Positions 55,033 to 64,000 of a stretch of DNA of 64,000 bases are shown here, piece after piece. Position 1 is the stretch's first letter, and each line of letters opens with the position of its first letter. The stretch comes from a virus, in the IMG/VR virus record IMGVR_UViG_3300022562_000726. One strand, 5' to 3'. Made by a program: the position numbers and the translations under genes. The notes below the pieces were generated by a model. It was not told the origin of the DNA. It ran no database searches and saw only the letters and a list, made by a program, of their open reading frames with translations.

Positions 55033-55661
55033 ACCGGTATCCTCGCATCAGGCGTCCTGTACGTATCCTTCGGCACACGGCCTTCGCAGATAAGCTTGAG
55101 GTCCGTCACGGCCTTTTGGAACAGGGACGTATATTGCTTGAACACATCCTGATCGCCCTTCAGGAATGCATATCCATGTATGAGCGATCCGTAGAGAAGA
55201 GCGTTTTCCGCGTTTTCCGAGAGCCAAGTCGTACCACTCGACGCTCCGTCAGCAAGGGAGGCTGGTTTGTAATAATAGTGAAGTTCCACTTCATATGTAT
55301 CGTCAGGAGTTGGTCCAACAATGAAGTTCGCGTCATCCCATTGTGCAAAGTATCTTGGCCTTCCGGTTGATGTTGACGGAAATGCTTCGCGGATAAAGTT
55401 CACATCCTTGTTCTCAAGGAAGTACATATCCGTGTCGGTAATGGCGAAGGAGTAGCTGGACAGGAAATCCGTTGGCAGTCCTACGTACCTGATGCCGACA
55501 GCACAGTTAGTGGTCGAGTTCTTGCGAAGGTCAGGTATCTGGACCTGCCTGTATATATCTTCTTCGGCACCTTTGATGAACTGCGCGATGTTGGAATTGA
55601 AAGTCGTTTCATCGACCTCCAAGAAATCCTTCAACATCTGCTGGAGTTCAGCGTAAGTCAT
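55029..55661 (-). CDS. Hypothetical structural protein
   Basis: ATG at 55661 forms an ATGA overlap with the upstream stop; the track start at 55730 overlaps. Confidence 0.5.
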   Translation of the reverse strand: MTYAELQQMLKDFLEVDETTFNSNIAQFIKGAEEDIYRQVQIPDLRKNSTTNCAVGIRYVGLPTDFLSSYSFAITDTDMYFLENKDVNFIREAFPSTSTGRPRYFAQWDDANFIVGPTPDDTYEVELHYYYKPASLADGASSGTTWLSENAENALLYGSLIHGYAFLKGDQDVFKQYTSLFQKAVTDLKLICEGRVPKDTYRTPDARIPV

Positions 55662-55969
55662 GTCGTTACTGTCACCCTTCCAGAGGAAGTATCGATTACG
55701 CCGGAGCCTGAAGCACCGACAGGGTTCCATCCAAACAGCCGCCTGCTGTCAACCAGTTCCGGGCTATCGGAACGGGAGTTCTTTACAGACTGCTTGTCAT
55801 TCGTCTTGATCCCCCGCGTATCCAGTTGGGGATGAGACACATCCCAACACTTGCGACAGACGAGGCGTCCGGTCGGCTTGCCAATATAATACTCCTCGCG
55901 GAGCGTATTGAGCCGATACCGTTGCCCGCACCGGTCACAGATACCGGGGACACGATTTGAAAAATTCAT
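55658..55969 (-). CDS. Zinc-ribbon small protein
   Basis: CDRCGQRY...CRKCWD Cys4. Confidence 0.45.
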   Translation of the reverse strand: MNFSNRVPGICDRCGQRYRLNTLREEYYIGKPTGRLVCRKCWDVSHPQLDTRGIKTNDKQSVKNSRSDSPELVDSRRLFGWNPVGASGSGVIDTSSGRVTVTT

Positions 55970-56637
55970 CTTAAATCAGGAACGAGCCAGAGAGAGGCCT
56001 TTTCCCTGTCCTCCTGTGATGCAAGATTGAACTGGCGTTCGTACTCCATCTGAAGCATCTGTATGCGGTCGCTTGCCTGCGGTGTCTTCATGGACAGGTA
56101 ATAGGCAAGACCGCTTGTGAGTGCCGGATAGAAACGGGGAGGGATGTCCATCGTGTTCGTGTAGTTTCCGCCGTCTTCAATCCTGCGCACCTTGTAATAG
56201 ACAAGTGTTCCTGCTTCTGTTGGTACAGGCCAGATATGCACCACCGGACCTGTCAAAAGCCTGTTCACCCAGAACTGGCTTGGGTCACCTGTCTGGTTCT
56301 TGTTGGCGATAGAAGACCATTGCGACACGGAGATGCGCGTCATCTGCCTGTCGTTTTGAGATGAACCACTACCAGTTCGCCATGTGGCATCCAGTACATC
56401 AATCGTGTCCGTTTCCAGCGAAACACTCGTGTCACCGGCAGCAACAGAAGCGGTCGTCTCTTCGATTGCCCACATGTTGATGCCACGGTTTGCCCACTCC
56501 TTCGTCAAAAGATCAAGGGATCGTCTGGCCGTTTTCAAGTGGTATCCAGACCGGACTTCCACACCGACCATTTCGTAAGCTTCTTCAATAATATCAAGCA
56601 GATCGAGGCTAAACGAAGTAGTCCCAGAAGTAGTCAT
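55966..56637 (-). CDS. Putative tail tubular/adaptor-like structural protein
   Basis: Weak resemblance to the T7 gp11 architecture at both ends. Confidence 0.3.
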   Translation of the reverse strand: MTTSGTTSFSLDLLDIIEEAYEMVGVEVRSGYHLKTARRSLDLLTKEWANRGINMWAIEETTASVAAGDTSVSLETDTIDVLDATWRTGSGSSQNDRQMTRISVSQWSSIANKNQTGDPSQFWVNRLLTGPVVHIWPVPTEAGTLVYYKVRRIEDGGNYTNTMDIPPRFYPALTSGLAYYLSMKTPQASDRIQMLQMEYERQFNLASQEDREKASLWLVPDLR

Positions 56638-56794
56638 CAACCTTTAACTTTCTTCAGACGAGGATTCTTTTTCTTGGCCGCTGTACTTGCCTTGCGTGTC
56701 TTGGAAGCAAGGATCGCATCAGCAGCTTTCTTCGAATATCCCTCACTCTGGATTTTCTTGGACACGGCCTTGAAGCCGGGATGCTTGCGTTTCA
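56609..56794 (-). CDS. Small Lys-rich basic protein (61 aa)
   Basis: GGAGAAG ribosome-binding site 11 nt before the GTG; VKRKHPGFKAVSKKIQSEGYSKKAADAILAS...; overlaps the next gene start by 29 nt. Confidence 0.3.
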
Positions 56795-56796
56795 CT

Positions 56797-57264
56797 TCAA
56801 CTTCTCCTGTAAAACCGCCTCACGTAATCGTATCCGTAGATTTCAGAGAAATCGATATACGGAATCTCGTCTGGTATCGGTGCAGAACTTCCATTCACCT
56901 TCGGCCAGTCTGTCTTCAGTTCTTTCCCGACAAGCTGCCCCATCTTCGCCAGCCATTCTTCTCTTCTTTCCACATCAACCGGAAGAAAGTGGATCGTGTA
57001 AGTCATTGAAAAATGGTTCATTCTTTCCCAACAGTTCAGGAAAGCAGCGCCTCTCTTGATGTGTTCGTTCGGCGTTGTGTTGAAGCGCCTTACCCATGAC
57101 TTCCAGACGTCTTCAGGCTTCCGAAGCGGAGCGACAATCAAGTCGGCCTTCTTCAGATGTTCCTCTATATTGGCGTCGAAGACGTGGATGAATTTATCAA
57201 GGGAGAGAAGATGTTGCAGGAAATGCGATCCTGTATGCGGGATTGAAGTGAGGAATATGTTCAC
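56797..57264 (-). CDS. Hypothetical protein (possible P-loop/sulfotransferase-like PHTGSH)
   Basis: ORF; IPHTGSHFL near the N-terminus. Confidence 0.4.
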   Translation of the reverse strand: MNIFLTSIPHTGSHFLQHLLSLDKFIHVFDANIEEHLKKADLIVAPLRKPEDVWKSWVRRFNTTPNEHIKRGAAFLNCWERMNHFSMTYTIHFLPVDVERREEWLAKMGQLVGKELKTDWPKVNGSSAPIPDEIPYIDFSEIYGYDYVRRFYRRS

Positions 57265-57407
57265 TTCTTCTTTTTCTTCTTCTTGCGGGCTTTACCTGCG
57301 ACAGAATACGCAATGGCAATAGCCTGCTTCTGCGGCTTACCTGCCTTCATCTCCGTCCGAATGTTCTCGCTTATCACTTTCCGTGACCGACCCTTCTTCA
57401 GAGGCAT
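57261..57407 (-). CDS. Small basic protein (48 aa) with [15 protein letters not shown] motif
   Basis: GGAGA ribosome-binding site 7 nt before the ATG; poly-K tail; overlaps the 57337-57567 ORF in another frame. Confidence 0.35.
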   Translation of the reverse strand: MPLKKGRSRKVISENIRTEMKAGKPQKQAIAIAYSVAGKARKKKKKKK

Positions 57408-57567
57408 CGTTTTTCTCCAAAGGATTTGACCAACCGGGGGGAGCCATCAGAACCGCCCATCCATTCCGATGGTCAACATCGTGGTGGTTCTCGTCGTAAA
57501 CCCGTATCCATCCCTTATCAGCCCATTCCTTCTGGTGCTTCCTTGGGACGTAAACGAGTTCGGTCAT
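57337..57567 (-). CDS. Hypothetical protein
   Basis: Track ORF; the acidic low-complexity tail region conflicts with the small basic ORF. Confidence 0.3.
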   Translation of the reverse strand: MTELVYVPRKHQKEWADKGWIRVYDENHHDVDHRNGWAVLMAPPGWSNPLEKNDASEEGSVTESDKREHSDGDEGR

Positions 57568-57887
57568 CAGAATCCCCTGTTCGGTACGTACAAGCAGTAT
57601 ATGTGTGTGCCGTCTTTACCACCGGCAGTGCATAAATGGTAGAACTCATCCTTCGACATGTGGATGCGGTTGTCCCCGTAACCGATTATTTCCGGCTTGT
57701 CTCCGTTCTGGACAAGGTAACCATCGGGGGTAACCTTGACACGGTTCGTGACAATCTGCCGACAATCAACTCCAGAGCAGCACTTGAAATCGTATTTCCA
57801 GCCAGTGGGCGCATCATGAGAATACGCTATCGTTGACAAGATTAAAACCCATGTGACGCAAGCAGGTATCAGTTTCCAGTTACCCAT
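57567..57887 (-). CDS. Secreted Cys-containing hypothetical protein
   Basis: Signal-peptide-like N-terminus. Confidence 0.45.
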   Translation of the reverse strand: MGNWKLIPACVTWVLILSTIAYSHDAPTGWKYDFKCCSGVDCRQIVTNRVKVTPDGYLVQNGDKPEIIGYGDNRIHMSKDEFYHLCTAGGKDGTHIYCLYVPNRGF

Positions 57888-59728
57888 TTCTCTTCCAATT
57901 CTTTAACCCTTGCCGATAGTTCCTTTATAGCGCCAACAAGATGAGCAACAAGCTTCGATGGATCGATACCTTGCATCGTATCCCCATCCTTTTCCCCGGA
58001 TACCGCGAACGGAATATGTTCCTGAACTTCATGAGCCAAGAAACCTATGTATGGCGTACCGTCAGATTTCCATGTGAAAGATACAGGATTAAGCTGCTCA
58101 ACGACATTAAGAGCGCCATGATATGGGGTAATATTATCTTTCAGTCTGTAATCTGAAGATGTGTTGTATGCTGTTGCCGATCCACTGGTGTGAATCGATC
58201 CGACTTCACCATTGCCGTTGACAAAGGATGCTATCGCAGTGTCGGCTGTTCCAGCCGTGGTGATCCTCCAGCTTGTATCTGCGTAGAAAGAACCTGACGT
58301 GCCACTGTTGGGGTAGAAAATTGTTTGCGTCCCATTCGTCTTTATTGTCCCTACAGTGCCATTGGTATTATAGAATACTGCTTGGGTCGATTCTGACGCG
58401 CTGGCTAGGTTACCAACCTTGAAGGAGTCCTGTCCATAGTATCCATCGGTAGAATTTGCCTGTGTATAAAATACAGATTTGCTGCCGCTAGTGTTTATAT
58501 GGCCAACCTTTGTTCCGCTATTATTCATCAACTGGAACGTTTCGTGATCCGCCGTTCCTGTATGACTAACAACGAGACCGTCCTCTGAAAGTACGGTTCC
58601 ATATGATCCAACAGTGTATCGTATGGGTCCAGTTACATATTGCGTTTGCGTATCAAGACGGAATTTCTCGACCCTGTTATTTGCTCCGTCTGTAGAGCAG
58701 AAACAGATAATACCATTCAGTGGCACTGCTATTCCTACGCCGGGAGCCATATTGCCGAAGAAACCACCTCTGTAATCCCACCCGACAGTGGAACACGCAA
58801 GCATAATGCTCCCGTCATCAAGAGACGTGTTGGCTGTCGCCCCCGATTCCACGTAACATCCGATCAATATAAGCCCTTGATAATCAGCGCCGGGATCATA
58901 GAAGGCTCCAGATGTATTTCCTGAACTTTGGCATCCAATAAATATGTTGGTGTAATAAGCCTCGTTCTTGACACCCCACCCACCGTTATTCAGAAACTGG
59001 CAGTTTATGGCAGTGCCAACCTGTGCGTCCGGTCCATGAACATAAAAGCCATCACCCAAACAGTCGCGCACAAAGACATTTGTCATCCACCAGTTGTCTG
59101 CAATGCCGTTGGTGGTGTCTCCGTAAAATTCTATTCCAATTCCTGAAAAACTTCTAACACTTACATATTCAAGATGAATCGTTGTCGTCGCGTATATACC
59201 TCTTCCAGAAACACCCGCAGCGTTGCAGTACAGCGCGACATTTCTGATTATTGTGTGCGTTCCTTCTTGCGGCGTACTCGGACTATCATTCCCATTATAA
59301 ACTCTTATGCCATCAGTATTTGACGGAAAGATAAGTTCTGCGGCAGAACCTAAATGGTGGTCTGTTCCATTGTTACCTTCAATTAAAACGTCCTTGTCTA
59401 TTCCCCATGTTCCATTGAGAAAATATCTTCCAAATGGAATGATAATCCTGTTTCCTTGGGAAGTGGAAGAACCGGCACATGCGACTGCATTCTGGAAAGC
59501 GGTCAAATCATCGGTCACACCGTCCCCGACTGCGCCGTACCTCTTTACATTGCAAACAGGATAACGGTAATCGGTTGGCGTGACACCAGCCGCCGTTTCT
59601 TCTGCCGTCAGTTCATAAAACGCGATTGATACAACGAAGTCGCGCAAATCCTGCGGGGAAATATCCCCCGTTGTATTGTCAGCAAACAGAGAAAGGATCG
59701 ATGATCTTGTTCGTGGAGTATCAACCAT
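57869..59728 (-). CDS. Tail spike: right-handed beta-helix (pectate-lyase fold) with C-terminal S74-type intramolecular chaperone
   Basis: VKRYGAVGDGVTDDLTAFQNAV at the N-terminus; chaperone-like C-terminus. Confidence 0.65.
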   Translation of the reverse strand: MVDTPRTRSSILSLFADNTTGDISPQDLRDFVVSIAFYELTAEETAAGVTPTDYRYPVCNVKRYGAVGDGVTDDLTAFQNAVACAGSSTSQGNRIIIPFGRYFLNGTWGIDKDVLIEGNNGTDHHLGSAAELIFPSNTDGIRVYNGNDSPSTPQEGTHTIIRNVALYCNAAGVSGRGIYATTTIHLEYVSVRSFSGIGIEFYGDTTNGIADNWWMTNVFVRDCLGDGFYVHGPDAQVGTAINCQFLNNGGWGVKNEAYYTNIFIGCQSSGNTSGAFYDPGADYQGLILIGCYVESGATANTSLDDGSIMLACSTVGWDYRGGFFGNMAPGVGIAVPLNGIICFCSTDGANNRVEKFRLDTQTQYVTGPIRYTVGSYGTVLSEDGLVVSHTGTADHETFQLMNNSGTKVGHINTSGSKSVFYTQANSTDGYYGQDSFKVGNLASASESTQAVFYNTNGTVGTIKTNGTQTIFYPNSGTSGSFYADTSWRITTAGTADTAIASFVNGNGEVGSIHTSGSATAYNTSSDYRLKDNITPYHGALNVVEQLNPVSFTWKSDGTPYIGFLAHEVQEHIPFAVSGEKDGDTMQGIDPSKLVAHLVGAIKELSARVKELEEKWVTGN

Positions 59729-60885
59729 TAAATTCCACCACCGTCAGATATTGACCATGAGTAAGTTGTTGCGAGGTCTGATCGTGCTGTAGCAGCCGCA
59801 CCACCAAGAGTGTAGACAGAAGTTCCAAAGTTCGCCGTTACAGTTGATTTGACGGCTTGTGCATCCCAAGCGATCAACGTGGCATCATAGTTAGCCGTTG
59901 ATAAAGCCGCACCATTAAGAAAATTCGTCAAATCTGTAATCTTGGTCACATTGAATCCCGATGGATTTATGTCTGTTGCCCCGCAGTTCTGGAACATCAG
60001 GCGCATATCTGTCACGTTTGATGTATTGAACCCCGTTACATCCAGAGAAGAAAGTCCAGTAGTTCCACTAAACATGGCATACATATCTGTGACGTTGGCT
60101 GTTACAAACCCCGAAACGTCAAGAGTGGAGAGAGCCGAGCAGCCATCAAACATACTGGTCATTGTCTGGGCAGACGAAGTATTTAGAACAGTTGCGTCAA
60201 AGGAAGCCAACGATGTACACCCAAGGAGTAAATATGCGAATGCCGCAATATTTGATGTATCCCACCCTGTTATGTTAAGACTTGTCATAGACGAACAATC
60301 AGTCAATAAATACTGGAGACTTGTATTATTAGGAAATTTCCAGCGGGAAAGATCAAGACTGACGATTGAACTGCAACCACGAAAAAAGTTTCCAAGATTT
60401 ACCGCTGCGCGGGTATTGAGTGTGCTTACATCTATTGTTGATATGCTCGAACAATTGTTCAAGCATCCATACCATTCCGTTACAGCAGATGTGTCACAAT
60501 ATCCAGCAGTGAACTCCGTCATGTTGGAGCATCCTTGAAATGCATAATCCATCCTGCCCCATCCAACCACTCCAAGATTGGTAACCTTCAACACCTTTAG
60601 CCTGTCTCCAGCACCATTGAAGAAGATGTTGGCAAATTGACCACTTATGGAAACGTTGTAAGTTCCAGCAGACGCATAAGTATGGGCAAGATTTGCGTCA
60701 TCGTATGCGGTTACAGATGACGAGTTCGTGTCTCCCCAATCAATCGTGCAATTGAACGTTCCAGAATTTTGGCACGGAATAGTGAAAGTTTCACTTGCTG
60801 TTGTCGTCTGGACTTGGAAGTCGAAGGTCGTGCTTCCAGCGCCAGCGCCAAATAGACCACCAGCGTTTACAATACCGCCAACCAT
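59728..60885 (-). CDS. DUF285/BspA-like repeat protein (putative receptor-binding fiber)
   Basis: Repeats of L(D/N)(V/I)SxF(D/N)TSNVT(D/N)M..MFxGC. Confidence 0.55.
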   Translation of the reverse strand: MVGGIVNAGGLFGAGAGSTTFDFQVQTTTASETFTIPCQNSGTFNCTIDWGDTNSSSVTAYDDANLAHTYASAGTYNVSISGQFANIFFNGAGDRLKVLKVTNLGVVGWGRMDYAFQGCSNMTEFTAGYCDTSAVTEWYGCLNNCSSISTIDVSTLNTRAAVNLGNFFRGCSSIVSLDLSRWKFPNNTSLQYLLTDCSSMTSLNITGWDTSNIAAFAYLLLGCTSLASFDATVLNTSSAQTMTSMFDGCSALSTLDVSGFVTANVTDMYAMFSGTTGLSSLDVTGFNTSNVTDMRLMFQNCGATDINPSGFNVTKITDLTNFLNGAALSTANYDATLIAWDAQAVKSTVTANFGTSVYTLGGAAATARSDLATTYSWSISDGGGI

Positions 60886-61325
60886 CAGGCCACCAAACCT
60901 AATGTACCATTACCTGCTACCCACGTATCGGTGCCAATCTTCAAGAGGGATACACCGCCATATTGAGTATTCATCGTTCCAGAGCCAGCGGATATGCCAT
61001 TGAGGGTGACGCCAGTGTCTGCCGTGATCGTAGTTGCTCCTGCGCCCAACTGATACACAAGGATGATTGTGCCAGTGGGGAAAGCGACGGATGCATTGGT
61101 CGGGATAGTGAGGGTGTTGGCGGAAGCATTGGACATGGTGACAACGTTTCCGCCGTCAGCCAGTGCAAGCGTATAAGTTGTTCCTGTCTGGGCGTTGACA
61201 GTCAGCTTGAATGCATTCTGGATCGTGATCTTTCTGGAGTTTGCCGCTCCATCGAGAAGATACAGAAGATCGTCATATGTAACCGCCGTTACAGCAGTCA
61301 GGCCTTCCAGTGCTGTATCAGCCAT
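60885..61325 (-). CDS. Beta-rich structural protein
   Basis: ORF; T/G/A-rich. Confidence 0.45.
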   Translation of the reverse strand: MADTALEGLTAVTAVTYDDLLYLLDGAANSRKITIQNAFKLTVNAQTGTTYTLALADGGNVVTMSNASANTLTIPTNASVAFPTGTIILVYQLGAGATTITADTGVTLNGISAGSGTMNTQYGGVSLLKIGTDTWVAGNGTLGLVA

Positions 61326-61334
61326 GTGTCATCC

Positions 61335-61736
61335 TTACGGGACGTTGGGGTATTCTTTAACCATGGTCAAGACAATAGTGTATGAATCGTTCGCCACGGC
61401 ACCGACAGTCGAGAAGGCAATGTCGCCTGTCTTGCCAGCACCAGCGGTGTTGTGAAGACCGCCATATTCGCACAGGTCAAATTCGCCATGGCCGTTGACA
61501 ACCAAGGCGTTGACGTTTGCGGTAGCGTCCCATTCGATCTTGACCGGCATCGTGGTGTTGAACTCTACCTCATCGATACGAACACCAGTGCAGGTCTGCC
61601 CCTTGTAGGTTGCCAAAGTTGAAACATCGACCTTGACAACACTCGATTCGCCAGTGGCATCGGAAATGTTCGTGAAGACCATGACAACCTTGCGGGCACC
61701 GTCCACCAATGTTTGCGATGTTACGGTATCAGCCAT
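61335..61736 (-). CDS. Beta-rich structural protein
   Basis: ORF. Confidence 0.45.
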   Translation of the reverse strand: MADTVTSQTLVDGARKVVMVFTNISDATGESSVVKVDVSTLATYKGQTCTGVRIDEVEFNTTMPVKIEWDATANVNALVVNGHGEFDLCEYGGLHNTAGAGKTGDIAFSTVGAVANDSYTIVLTMVKEYPNVP

Positions 61737-62430
61737 ATTTCTTCTCCTTGGAAGGTGCCGAGAAAGTATCCATCAACTTTCCGCGCCATTCTTTGTCGCC
61801 TACGTGACCGAGTTCAATGTCGGGGTCACACCAGATTTTATAACCAAGATCACGAATATCAGAGAAGAATGCCATATCTTCTGTACGGCGCTTTCCTTCC
61901 CACATATCGATCCTGAAGACGGAAGCCAGAGACCTTCCATCGTTGACATCCTGAATTGTCGGCTTGGTAGCCGCCAGTTCTTCGCAGACTTTCCTGTCCA
62001 TGATAGTGAACCCGAGGCCAAGGCCAAGAACCTCTATAAGGCCGTAATCGCCAATACGCGGCTGTCCGGCAAAGTCGAGGTAATAGGTGGGATTATCGAC
62101 GCCCCTTGCCGGATAAGCAGCAGAGACAACATCGACCTTGGTGGAAAGGGCAACCATTTTCATGAAGTCCTGAATTGACCAGACCATATCCGAATCAATC
62201 CAGAAAAGCTTTTGCGCCTTTGAGCGGAGGAAGTCATCGAAGACGGCATCCCTTGCAGCAGTGACAACACCTGAAACTTCCATTGCGAAGTCCAGATGCA
62301 TACCGTGCCTGCCACAGATGTATGTCGTCTCGATGATGCTCCTGACAGTGCGATGATTGACAGCCTTGTAAGCAGGCATACCAATCATCACACTGACGTC
62401 TTTTATGGAAATGTCTTCCTGTTCAGTCAT
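61729..62430 (-). CDS. GT-A fold glycosyltransferase
   Basis: VSVMIGMPAYKAVN N-terminus; WIDSDM DxD motif. Confidence 0.5.
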   Translation of the reverse strand: MTEQEDISIKDVSVMIGMPAYKAVNHRTVRSIIETTYICGRHGMHLDFAMEVSGVVTAARDAVFDDFLRSKAQKLFWIDSDMVWSIQDFMKMVALSTKVDVVSAAYPARGVDNPTYYLDFAGQPRIGDYGLIEVLGLGLGFTIMDRKVCEELAATKPTIQDVNDGRSLASVFRIDMWEGKRRTEDMAFFSDIRDLGYKIWCDPDIELGHVGDKEWRGKLMDTFSAPSKEKKYG

Positions 62431-62921
62431 TAGACAGAAGCAGAGAGAGACGTTGCAAGAGCGCCGGAGCCTACGAGGAATGCACTGACGAGCCACTTTC
62501 CTGAAGCGTAGTCGGTGAACTCAAGATAGGAACCGACAATGCCGCCTGTCGTGGTGCCGTTCATGGTGATTGTATCGTCTGTCCCACCGGCAGCTTCATG
62601 CAAACCTGCACCAGCCGTGGTCGTTGCGGTAGAAACCCAACCAACCATCGTATCGGATGCGCTTGCAACCTTGATGGTGGACGAAGCGCCTACAGTGGTG
62701 CCAATGAGAATACGGTAAACATTTTCTGTCCCCGTAGCAGCGGGAAGAGTGACCGCTACGCCAGCAGCAGGATTAAGCACGACAAGAGCGCCGCCATGGG
62801 TGGCGGGATCGAGCGTCAGTGAAGCTGCGGTGGAGGTGACCATCGGCTGCGCCACAAAGGACGTGCCGGATTTGAAGCCATAGGTCGAAGTGACCGGCCC
62901 CGAAAACGTGGTGGAAGCCAT
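62430..62921 (-). CDS. T/S/G/A-rich structural protein (possible decoration protein)
   Basis: ORF directly upstream of the glycosyltransferase. Confidence 0.45.
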   Translation of the reverse strand: MASTTFSGPVTSTYGFKSGTSFVAQPMVTSTAASLTLDPATHGGALVVLNPAAGVAVTLPAATGTENVYRILIGTTVGASSTIKVASASDTMVGWVSTATTTAGAGLHEAAGGTDDTITMNGTTTGGIVGSYLEFTDYASGKWLVSAFLVGSGALATSLSASV

Positions 62922-63010
62922 ATCATGTACCTTTCACATGAAGGATTTTCCCGACCGTCGCATGTGCGTCTGCCTGACCAGTCTGTCGGGATGATTAATT
63001 CAGGATGAAG

Positions 63011-63034
63011 AGAAAAGGGGGGCTTTCGCCCCCC
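63011..63034 (-). terminator. Rho-independent terminator after the capsid gene
   Basis: GGGGGGC-tttc-GCCCCCC with a T-tract on the minus strand. Confidence 0.65.
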
Positions 63035-63040
63035 TTCTTA

Positions 63041-63949
63041 TCAGGCTCCGGGTGAGCCGTAGATGCCGAGCGGATCGGACCATCCGAACGAATAACGTTC
63101 GCGGGCCTTGTACCGAGCATTGCCGGTATCGAAGTCAACATCCATGCCCGTCTTGAGAGGGGCGCGGGTGAAGTGCTTCAGGCCGTTGGGTACGTCAGTC
63201 GTCAGGAACCAAGCGTCAGCGTCAGTCAGGTGATGCATGATACCGTAGCCACCGGGGACAGCCCCGTTATTCTTGACTGCGTTAATATCATTATCAGCCG
63301 TTCCGACACGTTGCTGTGTTTCCAGCAAACGAGTTGCGGTGAACTGGAGTGCCGGAGGAATGATAAGCTTCATCGGGCGAGCCGCGATGAGAAGCCCACG
63401 TTCATCCGTCCACGCAGCGATTTCAATCACTGCATTTTCCAGAGCCGTCTCGTTCAGGTCAGTAGCCGTGGTCGGTTCGTTTGCATTCGTTCCGCCCGAA
63501 ACCAGCGGGTGATTGGTGGCAATAAGTTCCTTGCCGTCACCACCGGGATAGTTCGAATCGAATGCGTTGTTGAGGATCGCCGCAGCTTTCACCTGCTTGG
63601 TGTAGGCCATACCGCGAGCCAGTGCCTTGGTATAACGAGCAGAAAGAGAATCGTAGAGGTTGTCCTCCACGGCTTCTTCCGTGATCGCAAAGCCCATTGC
63701 AATGGTTTCGTGGGTGTAGCGAGCGGTCCATGCTTCCTGCGCAGTGTCATACGCAATCGCAGCCCCCTCACGCTTGACGGGTGCAGCACCGAAGCCGGAA
63801 AGTTTCTGTTCCTCTTCAAAGGAACGGTCAGAACTCTCCACGTCAAACACCATGAGGTGTTCATCCGCATACTTCTTGTACTCCAGACCGAACAGCTTGT
63901 TGAGGCCGGGAAGCAGTTCCTTGAAGAGTTGAGCGCGTGAAATAGCCAT
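63041..63949 (-). CDS. Putative major capsid protein
   Basis: 302-aa first gene of the structural operon, followed by a strong terminator. Confidence 0.4.
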   Translation of the reverse strand: MAISRAQLFKELLPGLNKLFGLEYKKYADEHLMVFDVESSDRSFEEEQKLSGFGAAPVKREGAAIAYDTAQEAWTARYTHETIAMGFAITEEAVEDNLYDSLSARYTKALARGMAYTKQVKAAAILNNAFDSNYPGGDGKELIATNHPLVSGGTNANEPTTATDLNETALENAVIEIAAWTDERGLLIAARPMKLIIPPALQFTATRLLETQQRVGTADNDINAVKNNGAVPGGYGIMHHLTDADAWFLTTDVPNGLKHFTRAPLKTGMDVDFDTGNARYKARERYSFGWSDPLGIYGSPGA

Positions 63950-64000
63950 GTGTTCAACTCCTCATCAAATGCCAGCTATGGCACGATTGAAGTGCGTGTT

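Noticed and set aside
1-64000. CRISPR array or rRNA
   Set aside because: No regularly spaced 25-40-bp direct repeats were seen apart from the in-gene fiber repeats, and no rRNA-like conserved blocks.

Overview
The window looks like about 64 kb of a tailed-phage or prophage genome with a short-tailed (podovirus-like) structural module and roughly 50% GC. Strong AAGGAG-type ribosome-binding sites and frequent ATGA start/stop overlaps suggest tightly coupled operons. No rRNA, tRNA or CRISPR array was found.

Layout:
- 1-1315 is an ORF-poor region carrying iteron-like repeats.
- A lone small-terminase gene (1316-1834, minus strand) sits downstream of it.
- 2030-12949 is a rightward early operon.
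- 12946-20627 is a leftward replication/regulatory block.
- 20597-29068 is a rightward recombination module followed by an accessory block.
- 29275-63949 is one long leftward structural operon, running capsid, tail spike/fibers, an embedded lysis cassette, internal low-complexity proteins and ending in a 2640-aa giant protein.
- Large terminase and portal were not found; they may lie beyond the window end.

Early and leftward genes:
- The early operon encodes a lambda-type Ser/Thr phosphatase, an HNH endonuclease, a MoxR-type AAA ATPase paired with a vWA/HExxH (DUF2201-like) protein, and a ParB-N fusion to an MT-A70-like domain with an atypical catalytic motif. It also carries many small membrane proteins.
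- The leftward block encodes a T7 gp4-like primase-helicase, a classical AAA ATPase, an Ogr/Delta-like zinc finger protein and RusA.

Recombination, accessory and structural genes:
- The recombination module has a Cas4-like PD-(D/E)xK exonuclease, a Rad52-like annealing protein, an SSB-like protein with a DDIPF-type acidic tail and a DUF968-like HNH protein.
- The accessory block has a small tyrosine recombinase and an SPFH/band-7 protein.
- The structural operon includes a pectate-lyase-fold tail spike, a DUF285-repeat protein, a 1014-aa fiber with tandem repeats, a glycosyltransferase, and a GH108 endolysin/holin/overlapped-spanin cassette.

Sequence-level discoveries:
- A 13-21 bp SfiI-like inverted-repeat motif, (C)AGCGGCC-AAAAT-GGCCGCT(G), recurs six times.
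- Five sigma70-like promoters share a conserved CGAC-N5-GTCGG operator-like element in their spacer.
- GGTGGGCGTTTG iterons occur in the ORF-poor left region and again beside the AAA ATPase promoter.
- A 540-bp GC-rich ORF-less gap sits inside the leftward operon.
- The 2640-aa multi-domain giant protein has an HExxH motif and glycine-zipper segments.

Functional calls rest on motif-level recognition by eye and need HMM or structure searches to confirm.
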